A DNA stretch of 64,000 nucleotides from contig JAKAJD010000001.1 in the NCBI GenBank assembly GCA_021813945.1, positions 9,744 to 73,743 on the forward strand, in the 5' to 3' direction. A program made the translations under genes and the position numbers. The stretch comes from a bacterium. GTDB taxonomy: Bacteria > Patescibacteriota > Microgenomatia > Curtissbacterales > GWA2-41-24. This document shows, piece after piece, positions 17,492 through 28,219 of this stretch; within the stretch, counting starts at the first letter, position 1; the number at the start of each line of letters is the position of its first letter. A model generated the notes under the pieces. That model worked only from the letters and a program-made list of their open reading frames with translations, was not told the origin of the DNA and did not search any database.

Positions 17492-18708
17492 GACTGGTCG
17501 TAAATATCCCGACTTACAACGAAGAAGATAATATCTCAGAGGTCATAAGAAACGTTTTGAAATCTGCTAAAAACATGCCAAGCCTAGATGTGCATGTTCT
17601 GGTTTCTGATAGTCATTCTCCCGATAAAACGCCAGATATTGTAAAAGATATTTCCAAAACAAATCCAAAAGTTCACTATTTAGACGTGAAAGAAAGAGGC
17701 CTTGGCATTGGTATTGTCAAAGGGCACAGATATGCGGTCGATAAGCTAAGAGCTGATATTTTAGGTCAAATGGACGGTGATATGTCTCATGACCCATCAA
17801 CTTTACCGGAAATGGTTCAACTTATCGAGGAAGGTTATGATTTGGTTGTCGGTTCAAGGCTTATGAAAGGCGGGAAGAACCTTTTGGGATGGCACAGGCG
17901 CCTTTTTACTCGCGGGTCAGCATTTTATTGCAAACTTGCCTGGGGAACTTTTTCTATCTCAGAATATACCAATTCTTACAGAGTTTTCACAAAAAAACTT
18001 TTTGAAAATGTCGATTTTAAAAAAATTCCATGGCGATCAAAAACTTACATAATCCAGCCGTCATTTTTATATGCGGCGCTTTTAGCTGGTGCCAAAGTGA
18101 AAGAAGTCCCAATAATATTTATTGATAGAAAAAAGGGATACTCAAAGTCAAAAATTATTGCATACATTATTGATGTAGTGATATTTGGTATTAAGGTTAG
18201 AATAGAGAAGTCAAAAACTTTTTTAAAGTTTCTTTCTGTAGGAACTTTAACTTATTTCGTCAATGCAATTCTTTTAGGTCTCTTGTATCGTGGCAATATT
18301 TATTCAGTAAAAGTCTTGCCTGAAGCCATTTTGTCTTTTATCCCAGTTAATCACCCTTCTACTAAATTATTATTTATTTATCTCGATAGATTGTTCGTAG
18401 CGTCATTAATATCCATAGAAGCCTCAATAATTATCAATTTTTTCTTCCATGATAGCTGGACCTTTAAGCATCGCAACAGAGAAGGAAGCAAATTGAAAAG
18501 ATTTTTGAAGTTTAATTTGTCGTCAGTTGGGAGTCCGATTATTCAGCTTGCAAGCATACTAACTTTTGTACAGGTGCTTCACACTAGCGAACAAATAGGC
18601 TTAGCATTTGGAGTCATAATCGGACTTTTCGTAAACTATACTGTCAACCTCTTATGGATTTGGAAGGAACACCCCGAAAAGGATCTTTCGCAAAAAGTCG
18701 TAAAATAA
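17488..18708 (+). CDS. Polyprenol-phosphate glycosyltransferase (GT2, DPM1-like) fused to GtrA-like flippase domain
   Basis: IPTYNE, SPDKT, MDGDMSH, VGSR, EVPI.F.DR..G.SK; C-terminal FLKF..VG, NFFFHDSWTF, NY..N..W.W. Confidence 0.85.
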   Translation: MRLVVNIPTYNEEDNISEVIRNVLKSAKNMPSLDVHVLVSDSHSPDKTPDIVKDISKTNPKVHYLDVKERGLGIGIVKGHRYAVDKLRADILGQMDGDMSHDPSTLPEMVQLIEEGYDLVVGSRLMKGGKNLLGWHRRLFTRGSAFYCKLAWGTFSISEYTNSYRVFTKKLFENVDFKKIPWRSKTYIIQPSFLYAALLAGAKVKEVPIIFIDRKKGYSKSKIIAYIIDVVIFGIKVRIEKSKTFLKFLSVGTLTYFVNAILLGLLYRGNIYSVKVLPEAILSFIPVNHPSTKLLFIYLDRLFVASLISIEASIIINFFFHDSWTFKHRNREGSKLKRFLKFNLSSVGSPIIQLASILTFVQVLHTSEQIGLAFGVIIGLFVNYTVNLLWIWKEHPEKDLSQKVVK

Positions 18709-18718
18709 ACATATTAAT

Positions 18719-20227
18719 ATGCCCAAACTATCTTACGATAGATTAAAATTGCTACTTTTTATCTTACTTATTTTAACAGCGGTATTTTTCCGGTTTTACA
18801 AAATACGAGATTACGTTGTTTTTCTTGGAGATGAGGGGCGAGACATGATTGTAATAAGAGATATTTTTGTAAAACACCATATTCCATTTCTAGGGCCAAC
18901 GGCTTCTGTCGGCGGTTTTTATCTAGGCCCCGTATATTATTGGATGGCGGCACCATTTTTACTTTTGTGGCGCTTTGACCCAGTTGGCCCATCATATATG
19001 ATTGCCATTTTCGGCCTTTTAACTGTACTTCTGCTCTATAAATTTTTGAAAGAAACAGTGGGATTTTGGCCAGCTTTTTTAGTAGGCTTGCTTTATAGCA
19101 CCGCTCCTTTAATCGTCAGGTATTCAAGGTCATCATGGAACCCAAATCCGCTACCTTTTTTCTCACTTTTTCTTATATACATGACATATTTAGGCATAAA
19201 ACGAGCTAAACCCATATTTTTTTTAGTGGCAGGCCTTGCATTCGGGATTGCAATACAACTTCATTATTTAGCGCTTTTGCTCGTGTTAGTCTTTCTGGCA
19301 ATTGTGCTTCTTTCAACCAATTGGAAAACATGGCCAAAAAGTATTGCCCTTTATATCGTTGGCACACTGATTACTTTTTCCCCCTTTTTATTATTTGAGG
19401 CAGCACATAATTTTCCTAATTTCAGAACAATTTTTGAATTTGTAACAAGAGGAACAAATGTAGGCTATAAAAGTTTTAATTTCCTTTGGCTTATAACCAA
19501 CACCGGCAACATATTCTTAGAAGAAATCTCGCATTTGGGTGGAACTATATACACAAAAATAATAGTCTGGACCTTACTTTTCTTTTCACTCTATGGATTT
19601 TACAAAACCAGAAAAGACAAAGAAAAAAAACTCTTATACACCACAGGATTCATTTGGTTTTTTGGAGGCCTTCTTCTTCTGCGCGTATACACTGGAAACT
19701 TAAACGATTATTATTTCGGCTTTCTTTTTCCCGCACCATTTTTCCTTCTAGGACTTATCTTCTCAGAATTGTGGGGAAACAAATTCTTACGATTGATTCC
19801 GCTCGGTTTTACAATGTTTGCTTTAATTTGGTTCACAAGTAATGCTTTTTTTAAAAATTCTCCCAACAAGTTGATTAATCAAACTGAGACTGTTGCACAA
19901 GAAATAATCCAAAAAACTGGCGGCAAACCATACAACTTCGCACTGGTATCCGACCATAATAGCGATCATGCATACCGCTATTTTCTGGATATTAAAGGCG
20001 ATCCGCCAACTCAACTGGAAACAATGGTCACAGATCAATTAATCGTTTTATGTGAATCACAAAAATGCTCGCCGCTAGGAAATCCTTTGTGGGAAATAGC
20101 TGCTTTCGGAAGAGGCGAAATAGTGGGCCAGTGGGATCTTCCAAAGTTTGGATTTAAACTTTATCGCTTAACCCATTGGTCTGGGGCTCCTTCTCCTGCT
20201 GGAAAACCGGCGGTTAAAGGTGGATAA
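18719..20227 (+). CDS. GT-C fold membrane glycosyltransferase (ArnT/PMT-like)
   Basis: RFY...FLGDEGRD, FLGP, LGPVYY, SRSSWNPN, QLHY; many TM helices. Confidence 0.8.
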   Translation: MPKLSYDRLKLLLFILLILTAVFFRFYKIRDYVVFLGDEGRDMIVIRDIFVKHHIPFLGPTASVGGFYLGPVYYWMAAPFLLLWRFDPVGPSYMIAIFGLLTVLLLYKFLKETVGFWPAFLVGLLYSTAPLIVRYSRSSWNPNPLPFFSLFLIYMTYLGIKRAKPIFFLVAGLAFGIAIQLHYLALLLVLVFLAIVLLSTNWKTWPKSIALYIVGTLITFSPFLLFEAAHNFPNFRTIFEFVTRGTNVGYKSFNFLWLITNTGNIFLEEISHLGGTIYTKIIVWTLLFFSLYGFYKTRKDKEKKLLYTTGFIWFFGGLLLLRVYTGNLNDYYFGFLFPAPFFLLGLIFSELWGNKFLRLIPLGFTMFALIWFTSNAFFKNSPNKLINQTETVAQEIIQKTGGKPYNFALVSDHNSDHAYRYFLDIKGDPPTQLETMVTDQLIVLCESQKCSPLGNPLWEIAAFGRGEIVGQWDLPKFGFKLYRLTHWSGAPSPAGKPAVKGG

Positions 20228-20245
20228 TATAGGCGATTTTTTCAA

Positions 20246-21172
20246 ATGTTAAAAAATATCGTTTCGGCAAAACAATTCGATAAAGCCACTATTGAGCAAA
20301 TTCTCCAAACCGCAGATAAAGTAAGGTCCAAAAATTACGACTCCAACTCGCTGTCAGGGAAAGTTATGGCGACACTTTTCTATGAACCCTCAACCAGAAC
20401 GAGGCTCTCATTTGAATCCTCGATGCTAAGACTTGGCGGAGGCGTTATCTCAACGGAAAGTGCTGCAGAATTTTCCTCAGCGGCAAAAGGCGAGACCCTG
20501 GAAGACACTATAAGGGTTGTAAATGCATTCAGTGATGTTATTGTGCTCAGGCACTTTTCCGCTGGGGCATCAGAAATCGCCCAACGCTATTCAAAAGTAC
20601 CTATCATAAACGCTGGAGATGGTAATGGCGAGCATCCAACGCAAGCACTTTTGGACTTATATACAATTTTTTCTAAATTCTCAAAAAGAGATCTCACAAT
20701 TGCTATGGTCGGTGATCTTTTAAATGGCCGGACAATTCATTCTCTAAGTGTTTTTTTAGCGCTATACCCCAAAATGAAACTGATTTATGTATCTCCAAAT
20801 GCTCTTGCTATCCCAAAAGGCTTGAGATCTCACCTTAAATCGAAAAGAATTCAATTCAAAGAAACGCTTGATTTAAACGTCGCACTAAAGACAGCAGATG
20901 TTATTTACCAGACCAGGATTCAAAAAGAACGCTTTAAAAATGAAACAGAATATGTGAAATTCAAAGGCCTTTACATAATTGATAAAAAAAGCCTTAAACA
21001 GCTTAAAAAAACCTCAATTATCATGCATCCTCTCCCACGAATAAACGAAATTACTGCAGATGTAGATAAAGATCCTCGTGCTCTGTATTTCGAACAGGTC
21101 CAAAATGGTCTTTACGTTCGAATGGCAGTTCTCCTTTACCTCTTTGACAAAAGCTCTTCTAAGAATCGATAA
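20246..21172 (+). CDS. pyrB: Aspartate carbamoyltransferase catalytic subunit
   Basis: FYEPSTRTRLSFE, KGETLEDT, NAGDG.GEHPTQ, MHPLPR. Confidence 0.96.
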   Translation: MLKNIVSAKQFDKATIEQILQTADKVRSKNYDSNSLSGKVMATLFYEPSTRTRLSFESSMLRLGGGVISTESAAEFSSAAKGETLEDTIRVVNAFSDVIVLRHFSAGASEIAQRYSKVPIINAGDGNGEHPTQALLDLYTIFSKFSKRDLTIAMVGDLLNGRTIHSLSVFLALYPKMKLIYVSPNALAIPKGLRSHLKSKRIQFKETLDLNVALKTADVIYQTRIQKERFKNETEYVKFKGLYIIDKKSLKQLKKTSIIMHPLPRINEITADVDKDPRALYFEQVQNGLYVRMAVLLYLFDKSSSKNR

Positions 21173-21173
21173 T
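21144..21173 (+). promoter_or_regulatory. Leaderless-type promoter inside the pyrB 3' end
   Basis: TTGACA-18 nt-GATAAT, 7 nt before ATG 21181. Confidence 0.5.
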
Positions 21174-21180
21174 AAGTTTA

Positions 21181-21948
21181 ATGGACGAAAACCCACACCT
21201 GTCTGTGGTTATTCCGGCATATAACGAAGAACCCAATTTTATAAAGGGTACGCTAGATGAGGTTCCGGAATATCTTAAAAAACAGCCATACCCCTACGAA
21301 ATTTTAATAGTAGACGACGGTTCAAGTGATGCAACGGCATCTCTTGCAGAAAATTTTGCCAAAAAGCACAAAAACGTGAGAGTGGTTAATAATCCGCACG
21401 AGGGCAAAGCGGCCACTGTAAAAGCCGGTGTTGAAAGTGCCAGGGGTGAGCTCATTTTATTTACCGATTTCGACCAGGCAACCCCAATTCATGAAGTAGA
21501 ACGACTCTTACCTTATTTTTCAGAATTCGACATTGTAATAGGCTCAAGACAGCTCCCTGGGGCAAAAAGAGAAAAAGAGCCATTCCACAGACACTTGATG
21601 GGATTAGTTTTTAACATCTTAGTTCAAATCATTGCAGTTCGAGGTATCTGGGACACACAAGCCGGTTTTAAATGCTTTAAAGCTCAGGTTGCCAAAGAAC
21701 TTTTCGGCGAACTGAAGGTTTACGGAAAGGCTAAAAAGGTAGAAGGCGCTCTAGTTACTGCTTTTGATGTAGAACTGTTGTTTATAGCAAAAAAAAGAGG
21801 CTATAAAATTAAAGAGGTGCCAATAATCTGGCATCATGTTAAAACCACAAGGGTTAGCCCCATAAAGGACTCTTTAAGAATGTTAAGGGATGTCATCAAA
21901 ATTCGCCTTAATGATATCCGGGGAATTTATAACAAAGCTCCAAGATAA
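21181..21948 (+). CDS. Polyprenol-phosphate glucosyltransferase-like GT2 (ALG5/DPG-like)
   Basis: VIPAYNEE, VDDGS, TDFDQAT, IGSR, DTQAGFKCF, FDVELL, EVPI.W. Confidence 0.85.
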   Translation: MDENPHLSVVIPAYNEEPNFIKGTLDEVPEYLKKQPYPYEILIVDDGSSDATASLAENFAKKHKNVRVVNNPHEGKAATVKAGVESARGELILFTDFDQATPIHEVERLLPYFSEFDIVIGSRQLPGAKREKEPFHRHLMGLVFNILVQIIAVRGIWDTQAGFKCFKAQVAKELFGELKVYGKAKKVEGALVTAFDVELLFIAKKRGYKIKEVPIIWHHVKTTRVSPIKDSLRMLRDVIKIRLNDIRGIYNKAPR

Positions 21949-22013
21949 AACTTCAAATTATCCAAAAAAGGAACTATAGTGGAAAAATACTTGGATCCTG
22001 TAAAATAAGGCAT

Positions 22014-23225
22014 ATGTCCAAACTGGAAAAATTCCTCCTTTTTGTAAACATAGCGATCTATCTTTCTATTGCAGTTTTTTCATTCGCTTATGTGGATCTC
22101 AATCTTACCTTAAGCCAAAACCGCTATATTCTGGGCTTCATTTCACAAATGCAATATTTAGGTTATTATAGTAGGCCGCAAGCCACATCCATCTATCTTC
22201 TCATGATTTTTGCGACATACGCGTTTTTTATTGCCAATTTAATTCTGTTTTTAAGGAAAAAAATTACAAAAAAATACCTGGTCTTATCGTCACTTACAAG
22301 CGTTATAATTTTGATCTTTGCGTACCCATACCTCTCCTCAGATATTTTTAACTACATATTTGATGCAAGAATAATATTACATTACCATTTAAGCCCATAT
22401 AGTCACAGAGCTTTAGACTTTCCACAAGATGACTGGATTAGGTTTATGCGTTGGACGCATCGATATTCTCCATACGGCCCTGTTTGGCTGTTTTTCTCGC
22501 TCATACCCTACACCCTAGGCTTAGGTAAATTCCTTCTAACTCTTTTAACTTTTAAAACTTTTATTTCTCTGTTTCACCTAGCGAATATTTACCTGATATA
22601 TCAAATTTTAAATTTTAAAAAAGATAATTTAAGGCTTACGGGAACAGCTCTTTACGCACTTAATCCACTTATTCTTACAGAAGGAATCATAAATGGGCAC
22701 AATGATGTAGTCCTGGCAACCTTTTTGCTACTACCGATTTATTTCTCGACTCGCAATAAAAATGTAAAATCAATTATTTCAATATTGACAGGTACACTCA
22801 TAAAATACATTCCCATCCTTAACTTTCCGTGGTTATTATTGCATATAAAAACAAAAAACTTTGGGCTTAAAAAGTTAATAATTGCTAACATTATCACAAT
22901 GGTTATCTTTACTTACATTTTTTCATCATTCAAAATTACTGTGCCATTCGTCTCATCAGGGGCTACTCAAGTGCAGTTTCAACCATGGTATCTATTCTGG
23001 ACACTGCCTTTAATTGCCCTTCTTTCAAATACCTGGCTCACAATTTTTTCAATCGCTGTAGCGCTTGGTGCAAGTTTAAGATATCTCCCATTCATTTATT
23101 ATGGAGACTGGAGCCATCAAGGTACTTTAGAGTTTATGACTATTGCAACCTTTGCACCTGCTTTTATAATGGGCATTATATTTTTGATATATAAAACCTT
23201 TTTAACTCACTCAAGTGACAAATAA
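22014..23225 (+). CDS. GT-C membrane protein resembling polyprenol-P-mannose alpha-1,6-mannosyltransferases (MptA/MptB-like)
   Basis: LSSDIFNY, SPYGPVW, LNPL..EG..NGHND, IKY, FQPWY..W motifs. Confidence 0.7.
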   Translation: MSKLEKFLLFVNIAIYLSIAVFSFAYVDLNLTLSQNRYILGFISQMQYLGYYSRPQATSIYLLMIFATYAFFIANLILFLRKKITKKYLVLSSLTSVIILIFAYPYLSSDIFNYIFDARIILHYHLSPYSHRALDFPQDDWIRFMRWTHRYSPYGPVWLFFSLIPYTLGLGKFLLTLLTFKTFISLFHLANIYLIYQILNFKKDNLRLTGTALYALNPLILTEGIINGHNDVVLATFLLLPIYFSTRNKNVKSIISILTGTLIKYIPILNFPWLLLHIKTKNFGLKKLIIANIITMVIFTYIFSSFKITVPFVSSGATQVQFQPWYLFWTLPLIALLSNTWLTIFSIAVALGASLRYLPFIYYGDWSHQGTLEFMTIATFAPAFIMGIIFLIYKTFLTHSSDK

Positions 23226-25659
23226 AAATAGGACTTCAAAATTTTTCAAATCAACTTTTCCATTTGCAGTCATATTTGGTGTGACACTTCTTATTTTCTT
23301 TAAAATTTTCATAAAAGGGTTGTATCCAATTCCTGGTGATCTTCTTGTTTCTTTCTATTTCCCTTGGTACTCAGGCGGGTGGGTCGGTTATGACCCTTGG
23401 ACTACCCATAAAGAAATGCTTGGGGCAGATTCAATAAGGCAAATATATTTGTGGAAGGAGTTTGCTGCACATCAATTTTTATCTGGCCATTTTCCACTTT
23501 GGAATCCATTTACTTTTTCAGGCCAACCCCTCATAGCAAATTTTCAGTCTAGTGTTTTTTATCCTTTCAACATTTTTTATTTCTTTACCGACGCAAGAAA
23601 CGCTTGGATTTTACTTATAACAATTCAACCACTTTTAGCGGGAATTTTTATGTTTATTTGCCTGCGAAGTTTCAAATTGCCAAAAATTGCGGCACTTTTT
23701 GGCTCAATTACTTTTATGTTTTCAAGTTACTTTATAACTTGGATGGAGAATGGAAATATAAGCCATGGTTACCTTTGGCTTCCTTTTGCAATATTTGCCA
23801 TTAATCGATTTTTTGAAAAACATCAGATTAGATATCTGATCGCATTGGCTGTGACCATCACCCTTTCCATTTTTGCAGGCCATCCCCAAACAGTCATATA
23901 TATTGTTTTAGCTACCTCTTTATTTTTCTTTTTTAAAATTTACGAAGAGTCCAAAAATGCAAAACTTTTTTTGTATTATTGCATCTCTCTTTTGGGGGCA
24001 TTGCTAATCAGCTCAGTCCAGCTAATCCCTACATTGGCTTTTTACAAAATGTCTCCAATTCATCTTCCTTTCGCCAAAGAAGTATTTGACAGATCGATAA
24101 TGCCAGTTCAAAACTTAATCACCTTCTTTGCAAGTGACTTCTTTGGTCATCCGGCAAACAATAATTTTTGGAGCGCAAGCTACGGAGATTTTACCCCTTA
24201 TTTCGGGGTCATACCACTTATATTTTCACTTTGGGCAATATTTAAACTGAGGAGAACAAGATTCGTAAGATTTGCAGCTTTAACATCTTTATTTTTTATC
24301 TTCTCAGCAATCCAAGGGCCTATTACTTATCTGATAAAAAAACTACAAATACCTTTAGTAGACGCTACCTCTCCATCTAGATTCCTTTCAATAACAATAT
24401 TCTTTTTAATTATCTTGTCTGCCCTTGGCTTCTCTGATTTTTTACAGCATATCCAAACTAAAAAATATTTTACAAACTTTATAAAATTTTTGGCATTTTT
24501 GTTCCCAATATATATTGCGATGTGGGCTTTTACTGTATTCGGCAAAATCATATTAAAAAATGATCAAATTTGGCAAATTAATCTCTCTGTCTCACAACAC
24601 AATTTAGTTCTACCAACAGCTATGTTTTTATCAATTCCTGCAATATTGCTTCTACTCATATATGCAAAAAAATTAATAAAACCTTTCCCGGATAATATTT
24701 CCATAAAGATTGCGATCACGGCCATTTTCCTAGTTACAATATTTGGTGGCGTTTACTACACAAACAAATTTCTTCCGGTTGCTCCCAAAAAATTTATTTT
24801 TCCTGATCACCCTATTTTGACATGGCTTGAGCAGAATGCAGGTATCGATAGATTTTACGGAAGCCAGACTGCCCATATTGATTACAACTTTCCAACGCAT
24901 TATCAAATTTATGGAGTTGAAGGCTACGACACACTAAGACTCGAGCGTTACGCCCAGCTGCTAGCCTCTATTCCAACTGGCCAAGTGCCAAAAACTTACC
25001 TGCGATCAGATGGGACACTGCCAGATAGCAATGAGAATGTTAACAAAAAGAGAATTCTGGACCTTTTAGGCGTTAAATATATGCTTGATAAAGAGGATAA
25101 TCCAAAAACGGGTGCAGACTGGCATTACGACAGATTTCCGACAGATAAGCTAAAAGGCTTGGTACAGTACACCAGACCTCAAATATACTTGAGAGAAGAT
25201 GCTATACCACGGTTTTTCATGTCTACCAAATACACAGTTGCAAAATCGGATGAGGAAATCTTGAGTGATATTTATAACCAAAATTTCGATCTTAGAACTT
25301 TAATTTTAGAGCAAGAACCAAACATACCCGTTGATAACACTGAGTCCAATATAGTTATTCCTCAACTCTTAAACTACATCCCGGAAAGTTCTATCTTCAA
25401 AACTAATAACAGTTCAAATTCGCTTTTGTTTATCTCGGATGCTTACGACAGTGGCTGGAAAGCTTTTATAGATGGTAAAAAATCTCCAATATTACGGGCC
25501 GATTATGCCCTAAGAGCAGTAGCGGTTCCCAAAGGAGAGCACGAGGTGCAATTTAAATATGAGCCGGACTCTTTTAAAATTGGCTTTTATATCACTATCT
25601 TATCCACAATCGGACTTCTTGGAATTTGCGCATTTTCTATATCGAAGAAAAAATTCTGA
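23215..25659 (+). CDS. YfhO-family membrane protein (GT-C-like)
   Basis: PLWNP..FSGQP..AN.QS, GHPQ, QLIP, GYD, C-terminal DAYDSGWKA.IDG...I.RADY..RAV..P.G.H. Confidence 0.82.
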   Translation: MTNKNRTSKFFKSTFPFAVIFGVTLLIFFKIFIKGLYPIPGDLLVSFYFPWYSGGWVGYDPWTTHKEMLGADSIRQIYLWKEFAAHQFLSGHFPLWNPFTFSGQPLIANFQSSVFYPFNIFYFFTDARNAWILLITIQPLLAGIFMFICLRSFKLPKIAALFGSITFMFSSYFITWMENGNISHGYLWLPFAIFAINRFFEKHQIRYLIALAVTITLSIFAGHPQTVIYIVLATSLFFFFKIYEESKNAKLFLYYCISLLGALLISSVQLIPTLAFYKMSPIHLPFAKEVFDRSIMPVQNLITFFASDFFGHPANNNFWSASYGDFTPYFGVIPLIFSLWAIFKLRRTRFVRFAALTSLFFIFSAIQGPITYLIKKLQIPLVDATSPSRFLSITIFFLIILSALGFSDFLQHIQTKKYFTNFIKFLAFLFPIYIAMWAFTVFGKIILKNDQIWQINLSVSQHNLVLPTAMFLSIPAILLLLIYAKKLIKPFPDNISIKIAITAIFLVTIFGGVYYTNKFLPVAPKKFIFPDHPILTWLEQNAGIDRFYGSQTAHIDYNFPTHYQIYGVEGYDTLRLERYAQLLASIPTGQVPKTYLRSDGTLPDSNENVNKKRILDLLGVKYMLDKEDNPKTGADWHYDRFPTDKLKGLVQYTRPQIYLREDAIPRFFMSTKYTVAKSDEEILSDIYNQNFDLRTLILEQEPNIPVDNTESNIVIPQLLNYIPESSIFKTNNSSNSLLFISDAYDSGWKAFIDGKKSPILRADYALRAVAVPKGEHEVQFKYEPDSFKIGFYITILSTIGLLGICAFSISKKKF

Positions 25660-27257
25660 TGAAAAAATATTTTTTTATCCTATTGGTAATAGCCGTACTA
25701 TCAATCTGGCCATTTTTCTCCAAAGGCTTTTACCAAAGCCACGATGGTGAATGGATGATAATTCGCTTCACTGCCTTTCACCAAACTTTAAGGGCTGGTA
25801 ATTTCCCTGTCAGATTTGTTGACCGCCTTAATAACAGTTACGGATATCCGGTAATCAATTTTTTATACCCACTGCCTTTTTATCTTTCAGAAATCCCAAA
25901 AATTTCAGGATTTGGATTTGTTGACAGTGTAAAAATAATCTTCGCATTCTCAACACTTATATCAGCAGCCGCGATGTTTTGGGCCCTTTCAATAGGTTTT
26001 TCGCCGACCGCCAGTTTAACCGGAGCAATCATTTATTTATTTATCCCTTATCGTTTTGTCGATCTCTATGTAAGAGGATCTATTGGCGAGAATTTAGCTT
26101 TTTCTGTATTGCCTCTTATATTAGGATCAATATTTCAAATATCAAAAGGCAAAAAAATATATTTTCCTCTTTTGGCTATTTTTATTGGCCTTTTAATTAC
26201 CTCCCACAACGTAATTGCAGCAATTTTTCTGCCAATATTTATTGTTTTGTCTTTTCTTTTAATAATGCACGACAGAGCTAAACTGCTAATATCCTACGCT
26301 TTGGGAATTTTATCCGCTGCCTTTTTTTGGTTTCCTGCGCTGTATGATCTCAAGTATGTGAAACTTTCGCAGATCAACGTATCAAACGTAAACGATCATT
26401 TAGTAAGCTTTTCAAGACTTATTATTCCATCATGGGGTTATGGATCAAGGCCAGTCGGTCATTTAGGGTTTTCACCGCAAATTGGAATTGTGGCTGTCGC
26501 AGTCCTACTTACTGCTTTATACATTCAGATCATTTCAAAAAAGAAAAATGTATCAATAAATTTCTTTTTAGTGATAACGACCGCATGCATTTTTTTACTG
26601 ACCACCTGGTCAAAAATAATTTGGAATACCATTCCAGCGATTAGTGTAATTCAGTTTCCCTGGAGACTGCTTTCCGTTATTGTATTTATCTCTTCTTTTT
26701 GTGCAGCGTTCGTTATTGATTCAAACAAAAGAAACAAAACATTATTGGCAACACTCCTAATATCAGCATCGGTTATATCAACAATCGTTTACACAAAACC
26801 CTCAGGCTTTGTTAACAGGGGAGAGGGTTACTATACAACAAACGAAGGTTCGACAACTGTATTGGACGAATACCTGCCTCTTTGGGTTCAGGAAAATCCT
26901 AAAGGTCATCCTAACCAAAAAATTGAAGTTGAAAACGGTAAATCAACTTTAACTCAAGTTGCTATAAAGCCTAATAATTACAAATTCACCCTTAACGCCT
27001 CAGAAGAAACAAAAATTAAAGTTAACACCATCTTTTTTCCTGGCTGGAAAGTTTTTGCAAATGGAAATCCTATTAAAATAGACTATAAAAATCCAGAAGG
27101 TTTAATAAAATTCAAATTGCCAAAAGGAAACTATGACGTTATAATCCGGTATACAAAGACTTTGCCACATCTCGTCTCCGAGATAGTATCGCTCTTTGCC
27201 GTTTTTTCGACGGGTCTGTACTTCTTTTTAATAAAATGGCGAAAACTAGGTTTTTAG
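25659..27257 (+). CDS. Polytopic GT-C-like membrane protein (PTPS-related/YfhO-like)
   Basis: ATG 25659 (TGATG overlap); SHDG, FPVRF, GYGYP-like, PYR..D.YVRG..GE, QFPWR, FPGW. Confidence 0.78.
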   Translation: MKKYFFILLVIAVLSIWPFFSKGFYQSHDGEWMIIRFTAFHQTLRAGNFPVRFVDRLNNSYGYPVINFLYPLPFYLSEIPKISGFGFVDSVKIIFAFSTLISAAAMFWALSIGFSPTASLTGAIIYLFIPYRFVDLYVRGSIGENLAFSVLPLILGSIFQISKGKKIYFPLLAIFIGLLITSHNVIAAIFLPIFIVLSFLLIMHDRAKLLISYALGILSAAFFWFPALYDLKYVKLSQINVSNVNDHLVSFSRLIIPSWGYGSRPVGHLGFSPQIGIVAVAVLLTALYIQIISKKKNVSINFFLVITTACIFLLTTWSKIIWNTIPAISVIQFPWRLLSVIVFISSFCAAFVIDSNKRNKTLLATLLISASVISTIVYTKPSGFVNRGEGYYTTNEGSTTVLDEYLPLWVQENPKGHPNQKIEVENGKSTLTQVAIKPNNYKFTLNASEETKIKVNTIFFPGWKVFANGNPIKIDYKNPEGLIKFKLPKGNYDVIIRYTKTLPHLVSEIVSLFAVFSTGLYFFLIKWRKLGF

Positions 27258-28219
27258 TAACGGGCGGAGCGGGATTTATCGGCTCAGAAATAGTCAGGCA
27301 GCTTCTAGCCTCGGGGCACTCCGTACGCGTAGCAGACAATCTTTCTAAAAAAGACGTCCAAATAGACAGTCGAGCTGAATTTATAAAAGTAGATTTAACA
27401 GATAAAGAGCAAGCAAATGAAGCGTTTTTGGGAATCGATATTTGCATCAATGCTGCCGCCAAAATAGGGGGTATTGGATACTTTCACAAATTTCCTGCGA
27501 CGATTTTATCGGAAAATAATAAAATTTACTCATCCACATTTGAAGCTGCGGTTAAAAACAAAATCAAAAGAATGCTTTACATTTCTTCTTCAATGGTTTT
27601 TGAATCGGCAAAAAGCTTTCCCTCAAAAGAAGAGGACATTTACAAAATTCCGCCGCCAGTTTCCTCATACGGTTTTTCTAAACTATCTGGCGAGTGGTAT
27701 TGCCGTTCGTTTTGGGACCAATATAGATTGCCTTATACAATTTGTAGACCGTTCAACGCATACGGAATAAACGAATTTCCAGAACGGGAAATAGGCTACG
27801 CTCACGTCATCCCAGACCTTGTAAGAAAGATCTTAAGCGGCCAATACCCGCTTGAGCTTTTAGGTACCGGCCAGCAAACGAGATGTTTCACCCATGTTTC
27901 AGACATAGCAAACGGGGTAATAACAGCCTCTCTTCACAAAAACGCCCAAAATCAGGATTTCAATATTGGAACCGACAAAGAAATAAAAATGATTGATCTT
28001 GCCCAAAAAATCTGGCAACAGATGGAAATGAAAAAATCCTTTAAAGTTAAATTTGTCACGGGTTTCGAGTTTGACATAAAAAGAAGAGTCCCTAACGTTC
28101 AAAAAGCAAGGCAGCTAATGGGATGGGAACCTAAGGTTAAATTTGAAGAAGGCCTAAAGGAGGTTATTGAATGGCTAAAGCAACAAAAAAGCCAAGGCAA
28201 GTTTCAAACAAGCAAGTAG
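27236..28219 (+). CDS. NAD-dependent nucleotide-sugar epimerase/dehydratase
   Basis: GGAGFIG, SSSMVF, YGFSK, RPFNAYG, RCFTHV. Confidence 0.88.
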   Translation: MAKTRFLVTGGAGFIGSEIVRQLLASGHSVRVADNLSKKDVQIDSRAEFIKVDLTDKEQANEAFLGIDICINAAAKIGGIGYFHKFPATILSENNKIYSSTFEAAVKNKIKRMLYISSSMVFESAKSFPSKEEDIYKIPPPVSSYGFSKLSGEWYCRSFWDQYRLPYTICRPFNAYGINEFPEREIGYAHVIPDLVRKILSGQYPLELLGTGQQTRCFTHVSDIANGVITASLHKNAQNQDFNIGTDKEIKMIDLAQKIWQQMEMKKSFKVKFVTGFEFDIKRRVPNVQKARQLMGWEPKVKFEEGLKEVIEWLKQQKSQGKFQTSK

